A DNA stretch of 64,000 nucleotides from a virus (taxonomy: Duplodnaviria > Caudoviricetes): IMG/VR virus record IMGVR_UViG_3300032007_001727; one strand, given 5' to 3'. Made by a program: the position numbers and the translations under genes. Every line of letters begins with the position of its first letter. The stretch's first letter is position 1. Shown in pieces: positions 1 to 10,411 of the stretch. The notes under the pieces were generated by a model. The model searched no databases and was not told the origin of the DNA. It saw nothing but the letters and a program-made list of their open reading frames with translations.

Positions 1-244
1 CTTCACGGACGGAATAGATTTCCAAAAGAAATACATATTGGACTTTGACGTTAACACGGACTCCATGAACAACTCAAAGAAATTCTTGTCACTTGGAATA
101 TATCTAAGACAGAACGACAATGCGATGAAGCAACTCAAGGATGTGGGCAATTTTATATACAACAAGACAAGTTCTGTTATAAACAGTTTGGTCTATTCAT
201 TGCATGAAAACGGCTTCTTGGTTGACAAAACAAAGAAATCGTGA
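1..244 (+). CDS. hypothetical protein, 5'-truncated by the window edge
   Basis: Frame is open from base 2 (FTDGIDFQKKYILDFDVN...) to TGA at 244. Confidence 0.6.
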   Translation, partial: FTDGIDFQKKYILDFDVNTDSMNNSKKFLSLGIYLRQNDNAMKQLKDVGNFIYNKTSSVINSLVYSLHENGFLVDKTKKS

Positions 245-273
245 TATTTATTATTAAAATTTACAAATATAAT

Positions 274-585
274 ATGAAAAAGATAATTAGATTGACGGAA
301 TCAGAGTTGAATACTCTGATTGGAAACTCCGTAAAAAGGATATTAAGGGAAGAAGTGTTGGGTGACAATTGGAATGTGAATGATATAGAAGATGAAGGTA
401 AAAATAACCAAGTTTTAAACAACTATGAAGCGGGTGAGTACTTTAAAGACGAAGCCAATAACGATAACCATGACCAAAGCGTTGTGGGCAACGACCCGTA
501 TGACCCTACTGAATATGGCAATGATTCTGTGAATGACAATGTAGATTTGGGTGATGGAAATTTATATTATAACCAAGACTTTTAA
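274..585 (+). CDS. small acidic protein with N-terminal RLTES-type leader (putative internal head protein)
   Basis: ATG at 274 follows a GATATTTATT motif; begins MKKIIRLTESELNTLIGNSVKRILREE. Confidence 0.65.
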   Translation: MKKIIRLTESELNTLIGNSVKRILREEVLGDNWNVNDIEDEGKNNQVLNNYEAGEYFKDEANNDNHDQSVVGNDPYDPTEYGNDSVNDNVDLGDGNLYYNQDF

Positions 586-599
586 AGACTAGATTCTTT

Positions 600-812
600 T
601 TAGCAACATCTCATTATTGAAGAATCCCCCGTTGCGGCTACAACGAGGTAGAGCCACTTGGATTTAATCTGCGAGTGTGGGCGATAGGCATTAGCCTATC
701 TTTTTCATAAGGTCAATAACCCTACGTCTCCATTTATTTCCATTTGCTGACAAGTCAGCGTGGCAAAATTACAAAAAATCCACTGAGATACTTTACACCT
801 CGGTGGATTTTT
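600..812. other. GC-richer intergenic element with several hairpins (candidate ncRNA, IS-end remnant or bidirectional terminators)
   Basis: Stems CGTTG/CAACG, GATAGGC/GCCTATC+T5 (683-705), GCTGAC/GTCAGC and AAAAATCCACTGAG/CTCGGTGGATTTTT (774-812); minus-strand TAATTTTG box at 764-771. Confidence 0.35.
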
Positions 813-896
813 AACTTTAATGGAATTATTTAGAGTCAACAAGTATATAGTTACCTATTCTTATTAATAAACAAAAAAAAATCGTAACTTTTAAGG

Positions 897-1595
897 TTAC
901 GATTTTAAAATATTTTTGATTTTTTCAATTTTTTCATTTATCGGTTTTATATTTGACATTGTTTTACTTTCTACATATGGTGCCAATGCATCCTCGCCTT
1001 CGGCAGATATGTATGCATTGGGCGTGCTCGGGTCACTAACAATGTCAAAGCCTATCAGTTCAAAGTCATCACCGACAATCTGCTGTCCAAGTTTCTGTTC
1101 AACAGAACCGACACCTCTTGAGGACACGCCTATCTTCCAACCGTTAAGCAGCAGTTGTGCAGCATCGTCTCCTCTAGATGATATAATGCCGTATTTTCTG
1201 AATCCTTCCGTAACATTTAGTTCCATTTTCCCCACCAAGGTCTGTCCGACCCAATGGAGTTCTATGATGTTGTGCGATATTCTCCCAAGGTCTATTGTAC
1301 TGTCTGCGGGGTGGTTCAATTCAGCCATTGCCCTTCTGTCGTTTATCTTCTCTTGGTACATTTCAACTTGTTTCTTCAATACACTCTCCGGGTATATTCT
1401 TCCGTTTGCATTCTTAATACCAAATTTCTGAAATACGGCATCAACTATAAATGGTTTCGGTACAAACCATTCATCATCGCCGATTCCTTCCCTTAACCGT
1501 TTTGATTTATTTAATTGTACGTAGCCGTCATTCTCAATCAATATGCCGTATCCGGTTTTTCCCTCTTTTATAACTTGTAGTTCACTTTTATTCAT
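897..1595 (-). CDS. T4 gp21-like prohead core protease
   Basis: Motifs KNANGRIYP, AELNHP, SHNI, IGVSSRGVGS, FDIVSDPSTPNA. Confidence 0.92.
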   Translation of the reverse strand: MNKSELQVIKEGKTGYGILIENDGYVQLNKSKRLREGIGDDEWFVPKPFIVDAVFQKFGIKNANGRIYPESVLKKQVEMYQEKINDRRAMAELNHPADSTIDLGRISHNIIELHWVGQTLVGKMELNVTEGFRKYGIISSRGDDAAQLLLNGWKIGVSSRGVGSVEQKLGQQIVGDDFELIGFDIVSDPSTPNAYISAEGEDALAPYVESKTMSNIKPINEKIEKIKNILKS

Positions 1596-1745
1596 TTTTA
1601 AAAGAATTTTATTATAAATATTGACAAATAGTGAATATTTATTATAAAAAAATACAAAAATAAAAAATATTTTTAAAAAATATTAATGTTTTTTGTGATA
1701 TCGTATATTTATATTTAAAATAATGCATTAAATTTTTTTCTATAA

Positions 1746-3221
1746 ATGAATAAAAATATTAGAAGTAAAGTAGTCAAGAAATCTTTATTGGATTACACCT
1801 CGCTAGCCAACACTCTCAGAGAGAACACTGAAAGTGCAGTCAAGAATCTCTTGGATGAGGCCGTGCGTGATACATATGCCAAGTTATTGTCTGAAGATGA
1901 TGACAAGGACTACGAAGAAGAAGAAGTGGAAGATACCGCTTCCGATACAACGGATGATGCCGAATCAGTAGACGCTGCTACGGATGGCGTAGAGGATACT
2001 GACACAAGTATGGAAACTGACGCTGAACTAGACGATGCCGACGGTGACAAGGATGAAGAGTCATCTGAAGAGGATGTCGATGACACCTTGGAGGTTGATG
2101 ATGAGTCCGGCGATGACCTAGGCGAGGACGGTGAAGACCTCGGTGATGATAGTGATGAATGGGCAGAATTCGACAAGTATAAGGTGTCGGATGATGAGTA
2201 TGACTTCTCGAATGCGGAAGACGAGGAAATCGTAAAAGTTTACAAACTAATGAAGAATGATGACCAAATCCTCGTCCACAAGGACGATAACGGAAACGTC
2301 AACATTCAAGACAATGAAACCGGCGCAGAATACCTAATTTCTCTCGGAGGAGAGGATAACGAAATTAGTATGGATGATGATTTCGGTGCAGAAGATGATG
2401 AAGTTAATAATTTTGACGAAGACATGAACGAATCTACAGAAAAAATGTATGAGTTGGTACTAGAGTATGACTCCAACGTTGGCTACACTGATAATTATCA
2501 GAAGAAGGACGTGATGACGAATCCGGGTATGAGTGAGCCGGGAAAGAATGTAAATGATTGGGACGCAGGTGTTCCAAAGGGTGACTCCAAGCCTTGGAGC
2601 GGCTACCCAAGCAAGAAGAATAAGGCAGACAAGCCATTCAATTCCGGAAAGGGCAAGCAAGTCGAGGAAGAGCATGACATTGAAATTCAAGAAGGCACCG
2701 GTAAGAGACAAGGCAGGGATGCCCATGGTATGGGGAAGACCCATCTGCCAACTAATGATGAAGAATCCTTCTCTAAGGTGTCACACGTGGTTTCTAGAGG
2801 TGGTGAGTATGAAGGGTCATTAGAGCCGAAAAATGAAAGTTTCACAAGAAGGGCAGACAAGGCTCTTCATGAGAACAAGGAACTCAAGTCAACCCTCAAG
2901 AACGTCATCAAGTCTCTTAAGGAGGCCGCTGTTACCAACCACAACTTGGGTATGATTATCAAGTTAATCTCTGAGAATTCGACCACCCAAGACGAGAAGA
3001 AGGAGATTATCTCAAGATTCTCAAACGAGGCAAAGACGGTGGATGCTTCGAAGACGCTCTATGAGTCCATCAGCCGTGACTTGCAGAAGTCTAGGAAGAT
3101 GAACATCACTGAGAACAGCAACCTTACCGTTGAAGGCTCAAAGAAAATCAACGAGACGAAGATTTATCAGTCGCAAGACATGTTGGAGTCTCTTGACTTA
3201 ATGCACAGAATGATGAAGTAA
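1746..3221 (+). CDS. prohead core scaffold protein (gp22-like) with a long acidic region
   Basis: Directly upstream of the major capsid gene; very D/E-rich; coiled-coil C-terminus; many xxE sites. Confidence 0.7.
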   Translation: MNKNIRSKVVKKSLLDYTSLANTLRENTESAVKNLLDEAVRDTYAKLLSEDDDKDYEEEEVEDTASDTTDDAESVDAATDGVEDTDTSMETDAELDDADGDKDEESSEEDVDDTLEVDDESGDDLGEDGEDLGDDSDEWAEFDKYKVSDDEYDFSNAEDEEIVKVYKLMKNDDQILVHKDDNGNVNIQDNETGAEYLISLGGEDNEISMDDDFGAEDDEVNNFDEDMNESTEKMYELVLEYDSNVGYTDNYQKKDVMTNPGMSEPGKNVNDWDAGVPKGDSKPWSGYPSKKNKADKPFNSGKGKQVEEEHDIEIQEGTGKRQGRDAHGMGKTHLPTNDEESFSKVSHVVSRGGEYEGSLEPKNESFTRRADKALHENKELKSTLKNVIKSLKEAAVTNHNLGMIIKLISENSTTQDEKKEIISRFSNEAKTVDASKTLYESISRDLQKSRKMNITENSNLTVEGSKKINETKIYQSQDMLESLDLMHRMMK

Positions 3222-3311
3222 ATAAAAAATAAAAGAGAACAAAACTTATTTTTATTTATCTGTGTATTTATTTTAAAAAAATAATAAATAATAAAACATG
3301 ATATCTATAAT

Positions 3312-5336
3312 ATGAAAGAATTTTTATCAAGTGGTGTAGTTGGAAATATTGAGTACAACGCACAAAAACAGATACGTGAAAGCATTCAGAACCGTTGGGA
3401 ACAACTCGGTTTCACCGAGGGTTTACCGGATGGTATCAAGGAGAATGTCGCTACTCTGTACGAGAACGAGGCAAAGCACTTGATTTACGAGGCTACTGCT
3501 TCAGACAACAGCGGTTCGTTTGAGACCGTTGTATTCCCTATCATCCGTAGGGTATTCAGCAAGTTACTTGCTAATGACATTGTTTCGGTTCAAGCAATGA
3601 ACCTCCCCGTTGGTAAGTTGTTCTTCATCCTCCCGGTTACTTCGGAGAGAGAGTGGGAACTTCCGGAGGGTTCTACGGCTGAACCCGGTGACATTGTAGA
3701 TGGTACTACCGGCCGTCATAAGGGTCTCATGGGCTACGACCGCGTTAACCGCAACAAGGAGGGTCGTGTTGAGCCTCGCTACTATCTCCCGGACGAGACA
3801 ATCAATGACTTACAGAACGCTTGGTACATTCCGGTTCTGAGCGAGACCACAACCTATGACACGTTCGAGGCTGCTAAGGCTGCTGCTGAGGCCGCAGGTC
3901 TTACCCCAACTTCCATTCGCAGGGTTGGTCCGGAAGTGACTGAATACTTCCAAAAGAGCCTTTACGACTTGTTCTACAACGACTTCTTGTATGACAACTC
4001 AAAGGGTATGGTGACCATTAAGGTCGGCAACGCAATTCCCGTTATCATGACACCCGGCGGCATGCGTCCATTCGGTGACGGTGGTCAGTTAGGTGCTACC
4101 TATTTCAAGAGCGGCTTCGACGGCACAGTCCGTAACCTCGTTATTGAGATTGACGGTTTCTCTTCCTTCAACGCAAGCAAGTTAACCGGTCCGGACGGTA
4201 ACGAAATGGACACTGAAGGCTTCTTGGCTTCTCTTAAGGTTATCACTCAGAAGGAGTTCGCCGCTGCTGATGCTCCGGGTTCTGACGGTGTGAAGACCGC
4301 TGCCTTCCGTAAGTTTGAGTCCGTTCCTTTCCGTGTTGCAACACAGAAGTATGGCAAGGGCATTGTAGAGTATGGTTCTGCTTGTGACGCTGAGGGTAAG
4401 ATGTATCTTGAACTCGACCTCGCAAAACCTGTTATTCAGCAAGCCGGTACCATTGATGGTTACATTGGCGTAGCACCGGAGGCTTTGAATGCCGTTGTTG
4501 ACAAGGCTAACCCTGAGGCTACCAAGGAAGCAATGAAGAGCCTCTTCAAGATTGCTTGGGCACAGTATGACTCTCTCGAACTCGAAACCGAAATCGGTGA
4601 GGTTTCCTTCAAGTTGGACTCCGTTACCGTTTCCGTTGAGGAGAGAAAACTCCGTGCAACTTGGTCGCCGGAGTTGGCACAAGACGTTTCCGCTTTCCAT
4701 AACATTGACGCTGAGGCTGAGTTGACCGCAATCCTCTCTGAGCAGATTGCTGCTGAGATTGACCGTGAGATTCTCCGCGACCTCCGTAAGGGCGCACCTT
4801 GGCAAGCACGTTGGGACGTGAACGGTTGGAGACGTATGGCTGCTTTCTCCACGAACTACACTCAGAAGGACTGGAACCAAGAACTCGCAACGAAGATTAA
4901 TCAGATTTCTGCTCAGATTCAGAAGTCAACTCTCCGTGGCGGTGCCAACTTCATTGTTATCTCCTCTGAGATTAGTGCTCTCTTCAACAACCTTGAGTAC
5001 TTCCACGTGACGGACGCAAGCGCTGAGAGCGACCAATATAACATGGGTATTGAGAAGATTGGTTCTCTGAACGCACGTTATACGGTATATGTTGACCCAT
5101 ATAGCCCACATTGGTCCATCATCGTTGGTCACAAGGGTAAGAGTTTGCTCGACACCGGTTACATTTATGCACCTTATGTTCCAATGCAATTAACTCCTAC
5201 CATGTTCAATCCATTCAACTTTGCCCCGGTAAAGGGTATTATGACACGTTACGCTAAGAAAATGGTGAACAACAAATACTATGGTCACGTTCGAGTGGAT
5301 GGACTCGTTCATTGGAGTATCAATGAGTTTAGATAA
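3312..5336 (+). CDS. major capsid protein (T4 gp23-like)
   Basis: FPIIRRVF, LANDIVSVQAMNLPVG, RKLRATWSPELAQD, IDAEAELTAILSEQIAAEIDREI, YAPYVP, GIMTRY; strongly biased codon usage. Confidence 0.97.
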   Translation: MKEFLSSGVVGNIEYNAQKQIRESIQNRWEQLGFTEGLPDGIKENVATLYENEAKHLIYEATASDNSGSFETVVFPIIRRVFSKLLANDIVSVQAMNLPVGKLFFILPVTSEREWELPEGSTAEPGDIVDGTTGRHKGLMGYDRVNRNKEGRVEPRYYLPDETINDLQNAWYIPVLSETTTYDTFEAAKAAAEAAGLTPTSIRRVGPEVTEYFQKSLYDLFYNDFLYDNSKGMVTIKVGNAIPVIMTPGGMRPFGDGGQLGATYFKSGFDGTVRNLVIEIDGFSSFNASKLTGPDGNEMDTEGFLASLKVITQKEFAAADAPGSDGVKTAAFRKFESVPFRVATQKYGKGIVEYGSACDAEGKMYLELDLAKPVIQQAGTIDGYIGVAPEALNAVVDKANPEATKEAMKSLFKIAWAQYDSLELETEIGEVSFKLDSVTVSVEERKLRATWSPELAQDVSAFHNIDAEAELTAILSEQIAAEIDREILRDLRKGAPWQARWDVNGWRRMAAFSTNYTQKDWNQELATKINQISAQIQKSTLRGGANFIVISSEISALFNNLEYFHVTDASAESDQYNMGIEKIGSLNARYTVYVDPYSPHWSIIVGHKGKSLLDTGYIYAPYVPMQLTPTMFNPFNFAPVKGIMTRYAKKMVNNKYYGHVRVDGLVHWSINEFR

Positions 5337-5372
5337 ACAAAAATTATCTAACTGACTGATAATTATGTATTT

Positions 5373-5401
5373 AAGCACTCTTTTCGAAGAGTGCTTTTTT
5401 T
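5373..5401 (+). terminator. intrinsic terminator after the major capsid gene
   Basis: AAGCACTCTT-TTCG-AAGAGTGCTT followed by a T run. Confidence 0.8.
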
Positions 5402-5556
5402 ATTTAAAAGGATAAATGGCTCAAACTAAAAAGGATTATTTGTGGGTTTGGGTTAAATTTAAAAAAGTTTTTTTAAGAATAGTGTGAAAAATAAAGGTTT
5501 TATGATATTTATTAATATAATTGTAAAAATTAAAATTAATTAAAAATCATACGACC

Positions 5557-6379
5557 ATGAAAGATGTAAATATTAATGAAATAATTGAAGACTATAAGAA
5601 TGGATTGGGTATTTATGACCTCTGTGAAAAATACAAAATTGGTAAAATAAGAGTTAAAGATATTCTAAAGGCTAATGATATAGTCATTAAAAAACGAGGG
5701 AAACAACCCATAAATGCTGATGAATTTGTTGTAAAAGATTTTAGAATTAAAAAATTTGAGGAGCATGAAGGATATCATTATATTGCTAGAGATAGAAAAA
5801 GCGGTTTTGAAACGAAGGATTATATGAATCGTGGTGGTAATTTAACTTCATACATTGAAAAGGAATATAACATATTGACTCCAACACTATATGATAGAAG
5901 GTTATACTACATGAGGACCGGGAATTATTGGTGGGAGCAATGGTTTGATATTATTGAAATAAAGAATAAAGAAACTAAAAAATGTCCATATTGTAATTGG
6001 GAAACAACTGATATTGAGAACAAAAGCGGTGCATTTTGCATTCATATGTTCAAAGAACATGGTATGACAAAAATGGACTATTTGGAAAAGCATCCGGAAG
6101 ACAGACAATACTTTTCGATGGCTAATTTGACTGCTAATTTACAAATGGAAATTGATAAAAACAAATTTGTGGTTTGTAAAATTTGTGGTAAAAAATTAAG
6201 GAGAATTTCAAGTGAGCACCTTTCAAAACACGGAATTACAAAGAAAGACTATGTTGAAAAATATGGAAAAGATGAAATGATTTGCAATGAATTCAATATT
6301 GGAAATGGCGAGGAAACTTGGCTATGACAGAATTTGGGATTGCGGCCTATTTAAATATGTGTGGAAAAAAGAAAAGTAA
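5557..6379 (+). pseudogene. internally deleted/frameshifted Hef-like homing endonuclease
   Basis: HTH and zinc fingers (CPYC..H..H, CKIC..H..H) run to TGA 6327; the family C-terminus EMARKLGYDRIWDCGLFKYVWKKEK* lies out of frame at 6302-6379; no nuclease core. Confidence 0.65.
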
Positions 6380-6460
6380 TAATATAGGAGTTGAAATAAA
6401 ATATTTTCATTAAATTAAAAATCTTTAAATATTTATTAAAAACTATATATTTTAAGCGAT

Positions 6461-6847
6461 ATGACATTTTTTATTAAACAAAATAGCACACTGCCTACGC
6501 TCCGCATGGAGTTAATTGAGGACGGTAGGCATGATTTTCATAAGTTCCATGAGGCAATCCAAGGGGCTGACGTTAAGTTCACGATGACAAACGTTGACAC
6601 AAACGTTGTCAAGGTGGCGAATGCTAGTGCATATATCAAATTAAGGGAAAACGACACTTGCACCGAAGAATATGTCATCTGTTATGATTGGAAGAAGCAC
6701 GACACAAAGGAGGTCGGTACCTATAGGGGTACGTTTGAGATAACCTTTAATGATGGGTTTAAGGCAGATGACGGTGTTCAATATCCTACCGGTGTGTTGA
6801 ACATGCCAATAAGGGAAGAACTCTTCATTTCCGTTCTTCCCAACTAA
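6461..6847 (+). CDS. BppU N-terminal-like Ig-fold structural protein
   Basis: FFIKQNSTLPTLRMEL...YDW..DT..GTYRGTFEITF pattern; late motif upstream. Confidence 0.55.
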   Translation: MTFFIKQNSTLPTLRMELIEDGRHDFHKFHEAIQGADVKFTMTNVDTNVVKVANASAYIKLRENDTCTEEYVICYDWKKHDTKEVGTYRGTFEITFNDGFKADDGVQYPTGVLNMPIREELFISVLPN

Positions 6848-6862
6848 AAACATTAATGTGAC

Positions 6863-7126
6863 ATGGTTGAGCCTATATTTAAGAAGGGAGATTATATTAT
6901 TAACAGAACCGGTGGAAACATGGGTATTGTAAAGGGTGTGACCAAAAAGGGATATTATCAGTTCTCAGCCTATTGCAGCCCAATGTTCAACAAGGTAAAG
7001 GATGTTAAGGAATATAATTATGACATGCAGATAAATTATCAGAAATTCTTCGACCTTTGCACCGAAGACGAGAAAAGGGAATTTGACAAACTAATTGCAG
7101 AAAACAAAAAGAAAGGGGAGAAATGA
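6863..7126 (+). CDS. hypothetical protein
   Basis: Co-oriented ORF with typical codon usage. Confidence 0.6.
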   Translation: MVEPIFKKGDYIINRTGGNMGIVKGVTKKGYYQFSAYCSPMFNKVKDVKEYNYDMQINYQKFFDLCTEDEKREFDKLIAENKKKGEK

Positions 7127-7275
7127 TTAGGAAAATTATCATTATGGAGTCACAAGCCGGGTGTCTTGGTGAATTCTTGGTTGAATCGCAAGAGTCAAAG
7201 TCAATTTCCGCAGCAAAGAAACTTGTCATGCAAAGGCTTGGATATAATGAACAACAAAAGGATATAGTTATCTAA
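7123..7275 (+). CDS. 50-aa ORF with IIMESQ leader-like start, possibly a truncated remnant
   Basis: ATGA overlap with the upstream stop; MIRKIIIMESQAGCLGEFLVESQESKSISAAKKLVMQRLGYNEQQKDIVI; absent from the ORF track. Confidence 0.45.
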   Translation: MIRKIIIMESQAGCLGEFLVESQESKSISAAKKLVMQRLGYNEQQKDIVI

Positions 7276-7289
7276 GAGTTGGACAACTT

Positions 7290-7715
7290 TTAAATAAAAA
7301 CAATATTCTTCATTGCCAACTTTGTCTCGACCTCCTTTATCGTTTCTCCGAACTTGAAGAATATTCTGCCGTCCTTTGGATATTCGTCATATGAGTCAAG
7401 GTTTTCCCAAGCAAGCGAGATTATGCCGTCATAGCAGTCACTTATTGAAAAACAACAATTATCTTGTATGAGGTCAAGTTTTATCTTTGTTTTGATGATG
7501 TGAACCTCGTTTATGAATTCTTCTGAAACCATGAGGTTATTGACCAAGCAAGCGGGTTTTTGGTCAAAATTTTCACCAAACACCTCATCAATGTTATCGG
7601 TGAAGATAAATTCATATCGGTAATATCCGTCATTTTCTTCACCGATTAAGCGTATAAAGCATAGATATATTTCTTCTTCCATCATTTTTCTCTTGATTTT
7701 AAAAACATTAGCCAT
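7290..7715 (-). CDS. hypothetical protein
   Basis: ORF downstream of the helicase on the same strand. Confidence 0.6.
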   Translation of the reverse strand: MANVFKIKRKMMEEEIYLCFIRLIGEENDGYYRYEFIFTDNIDEVFGENFDQKPACLVNNLMVSEEFINEVHIIKTKIKLDLIQDNCCFSISDCYDGIISLAWENLDSYDEYPKDGRIFFKFGETIKEVETKLAMKNIVFI

Positions 7716-7747
7716 TCTTCTGTGGTTAACTTCTTTGGCATTGGTCT

Positions 7748-9703
7748 TTATTTTTCTTTCTCAGTTACGACTATTTTATCTATTATGTCTTGTTTGCCTC
7801 TGACTATTTCAAGCATCTTGTCAAAATACGTCCCGTTGAATGATTGGTAATATATTGTGCACGGCTTTGTCTGTCCAATTCGATATATTCTGTCTTCCGC
7901 TTGGGCATTATCACTCGGCACAAAGGAGAAGTTATTGAATATTATAACGTCAGCGGCAGTTAGGGTGAGGCCGACAGATGCCGATATGATATTGCCCACG
8001 AAGACCTTGACGCTATCATCATTCTGAAACTTTTCAACCGCCTCGTTCTTCTTCTTCTCCGTTATCTTTCCGTTGTGGAAGACACAGCATCCTTCAAACT
8101 CTTTTATGAACTTGTTTATCTCGTTGTCATAGGCACAGAAGATGATGACCTTATGATTGTCTTCAATGCATTTCTTCGCTAGTTTAATCGTCCTAGAAAT
8201 CATCTTGTCGGCAAGCCACTGTCTCATGAGCGAAACCTCTATGAGTTTCTTGTTCCTTTCCGTCTTCTCCTCATCCTCTTGCAAGGCAACGTATTTGTCC
8301 CATAATTGACTGTATGACTTCTTTTCAGCCTTTGTCATTTCATAATGTAGACACTCGACCGTCTTGCTAGGCATTTCCGTGAAGTCAGTCTTGAGCCTTC
8401 TTAGATAATGGGGCTTTATGACCTCTTGGAGTTCTTCCATGTTTGTGTCCTCCCCCGGTATGCACATTTTCTTGCAGTTCTTCTCCAAATATTCGTTAAG
8501 TGCCGCCTTTTCCTCGGTGTTTAGTGAATACCAATCACTTTTTCCTACGGATTTCAAGAACATTGCGGTGTAGGCATTTCTTTCATTCTTTTTGAAGAAA
8601 ATCTTTGCCCCGCAATATCTTGTCATATAGTTCTGCCAATCCTTTGTGACCGGTGCGTTTATCAGTTTGAGGAGATTGTATAGGTTTTTTGAAGAGTTCG
8701 TAATCATTGTGCCGGTGAGTTCGAATAAACCGCTTGGGTTGCTTCTCTTAACCAAGTCTGATATTATCTTGAATCTGTTTGAAGTTGAATTTGACAACCT
8801 ATGGGCCTCATCTATTATGATTAGGTCATATTTCGCTTGGAATAGTTGGCTGTTTGCCATTGCCTCGTCGATTATCTTCTTGCTCCTTGCAACTATCTTT
8901 TTCTCCTTGTATTCCTTTACAACGTTTCCGTCATCGTCAACGTTGAGTTCCTTCGTAACTATTGTCTGCTCCGGTATTTCGTAGAAATTATCCAATATGT
9001 CGTAGTTGATGATGGTGTATTTTGCGTCATTCCATTTCGAGCCTTGTACTATCACTATGTCATCCTCGCTGACAAGTGTCTTGAGTTCATTCTCCCACGT
9101 TTTCTTGACGGATGACGGGCATATTATAAGAATATGCTTAAAACCCCCTTCAATGGCCGCTAGAATCGCCGAAAAAGTCTTTCCGCTGCCTTGTTCGTCA
9201 GCAACTATGCAACGCCTCCTAGAGAGCATAAACTTAACCGCTTCTATTTGGTGCGGGAGTGGCATTCTGTTGTTTGTAATATATTTTGAGGCATCAAACT
9301 CATATTTTGTGTAGTCTTCTGCTAGAAAATCATTGACTATAGCAACCTTGGGTACAAAGGTTTCAATCGCCTTTTCTTGTGATTTCCTATAGATACAGAA
9401 CATGTGGTAAAACTTTTCCGTTTCACCCATGAGCCAAGTTGCCTTGAATCTGTTTGGTGTAAACTCCAACTCCAAATCCTTCTGTTTCTTCTGACCGAAC
9501 CATTCCGTTATTCTCACGATTTTGTTTATCAGCCTAGGTTCCTTGTCGTGATTCTTGAGGATATATTCAATCTCAAAGTCATTTAATGACTTTGTCTTAT
9601 ATACAAACACTGAATTCTTAAGGTTTCTAATATATGAGTTTATTCCGTTGTATTCTTTTAAAAACTTATGTGCGTCACCTATTTTTTCTAATGAATTAGC
9701 CAT
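7748..9703 (-). CDS. SNF2/SWI2-family (HARP-like) helicase
   Basis: PHQIEAV, ADEQGSGKT, IICPSS, IIDEAH, LTGT, GLTLTAAD, QAEDRIYRIGQ. Confidence 0.92.
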   Translation of the reverse strand: MANSLEKIGDAHKFLKEYNGINSYIRNLKNSVFVYKTKSLNDFEIEYILKNHDKEPRLINKIVRITEWFGQKKQKDLELEFTPNRFKATWLMGETEKFYHMFCIYRKSQEKAIETFVPKVAIVNDFLAEDYTKYEFDASKYITNNRMPLPHQIEAVKFMLSRRRCIVADEQGSGKTFSAILAAIEGGFKHILIICPSSVKKTWENELKTLVSEDDIVIVQGSKWNDAKYTIINYDILDNFYEIPEQTIVTKELNVDDDGNVVKEYKEKKIVARSKKIIDEAMANSQLFQAKYDLIIIDEAHRLSNSTSNRFKIISDLVKRSNPSGLFELTGTMITNSSKNLYNLLKLINAPVTKDWQNYMTRYCGAKIFFKKNERNAYTAMFLKSVGKSDWYSLNTEEKAALNEYLEKNCKKMCIPGEDTNMEELQEVIKPHYLRRLKTDFTEMPSKTVECLHYEMTKAEKKSYSQLWDKYVALQEDEEKTERNKKLIEVSLMRQWLADKMISRTIKLAKKCIEDNHKVIIFCAYDNEINKFIKEFEGCCVFHNGKITEKKKNEAVEKFQNDDSVKVFVGNIISASVGLTLTAADVIIFNNFSFVPSDNAQAEDRIYRIGQTKPCTIYYQSFNGTYFDKMLEIVRGKQDIIDKIVVTEKEK

Positions 9704-9788
9704 TAATATTATTTTTTATATATAAAAAATAATATAAAATTATTAAAAATCAATATTTATGGGTGTAAAATTTTACATAAAAAAAATT

Positions 9789-10325
9789 ATGGCAACCATA
9801 CAATTCAATAATAAATCGACTAGAAGAGTCCCGATACATAGAAACAACCTATTCTATGATGAGGCATCATTCGCCTTTGAAAGGGAGGTTGGTAAGAACT
9901 ATGTTGAACAAGACATGGGACAGACCGTTGTACTGTACCAAGTTGACGCTTCAAAGACACAGTCTGACTCGGTATACGGTGAAACAAATTCAAACGGGGT
10001 GAAATATAAAATTCCGGTTGAGATTCCTTGCGTCTATAGAATAGATGAGCCGGAACTGATGGCATATGACAAGGAGAAGAACTTGGGTACCTATATGAAA
10101 CCCGGAAAAATAACGGTTGGTGTGTATCCGGAGACATTGAAGGAACTTGGTGTCGAGGCAAAAAAAGGTGATTATATTATGATACAAGTCACAGAGGAAC
10201 ACTCTGAATACTTTGTTTTAAATGCAATCAACGAAGGATATGCAAATGCTCATAGCCTTTGGGGGCGAAGACTGTGGATTACTTGGGAAGGATATAACGT
10301 TGATGCTAGTGAATTTAATGGGTAA
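9789..10325 (+). CDS. putative neck/head-completion protein (gp14-like)
   Basis: E.GKNYVEQDMGQTVVLY..D...DSVYGE pattern; late motif upstream; ATG 9789 preferred. Confidence 0.55.
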   Translation: MATIQFNNKSTRRVPIHRNNLFYDEASFAFEREVGKNYVEQDMGQTVVLYQVDASKTQSDSVYGETNSNGVKYKIPVEIPCVYRIDEPELMAYDKEKNLGTYMKPGKITVGVYPETLKELGVEAKKGDYIMIQVTEEHSEYFVLNAINEGYANAHSLWGRRLWITWEGYNVDASEFNG

Positions 10326-10411
10326 AAAAAAAAATAATATTAACTATTGAAGATTATTTAAAAGTTCATAATATTTATTTAAAAATAACGAAATAAATAC
10401 ATAAAAACAAT

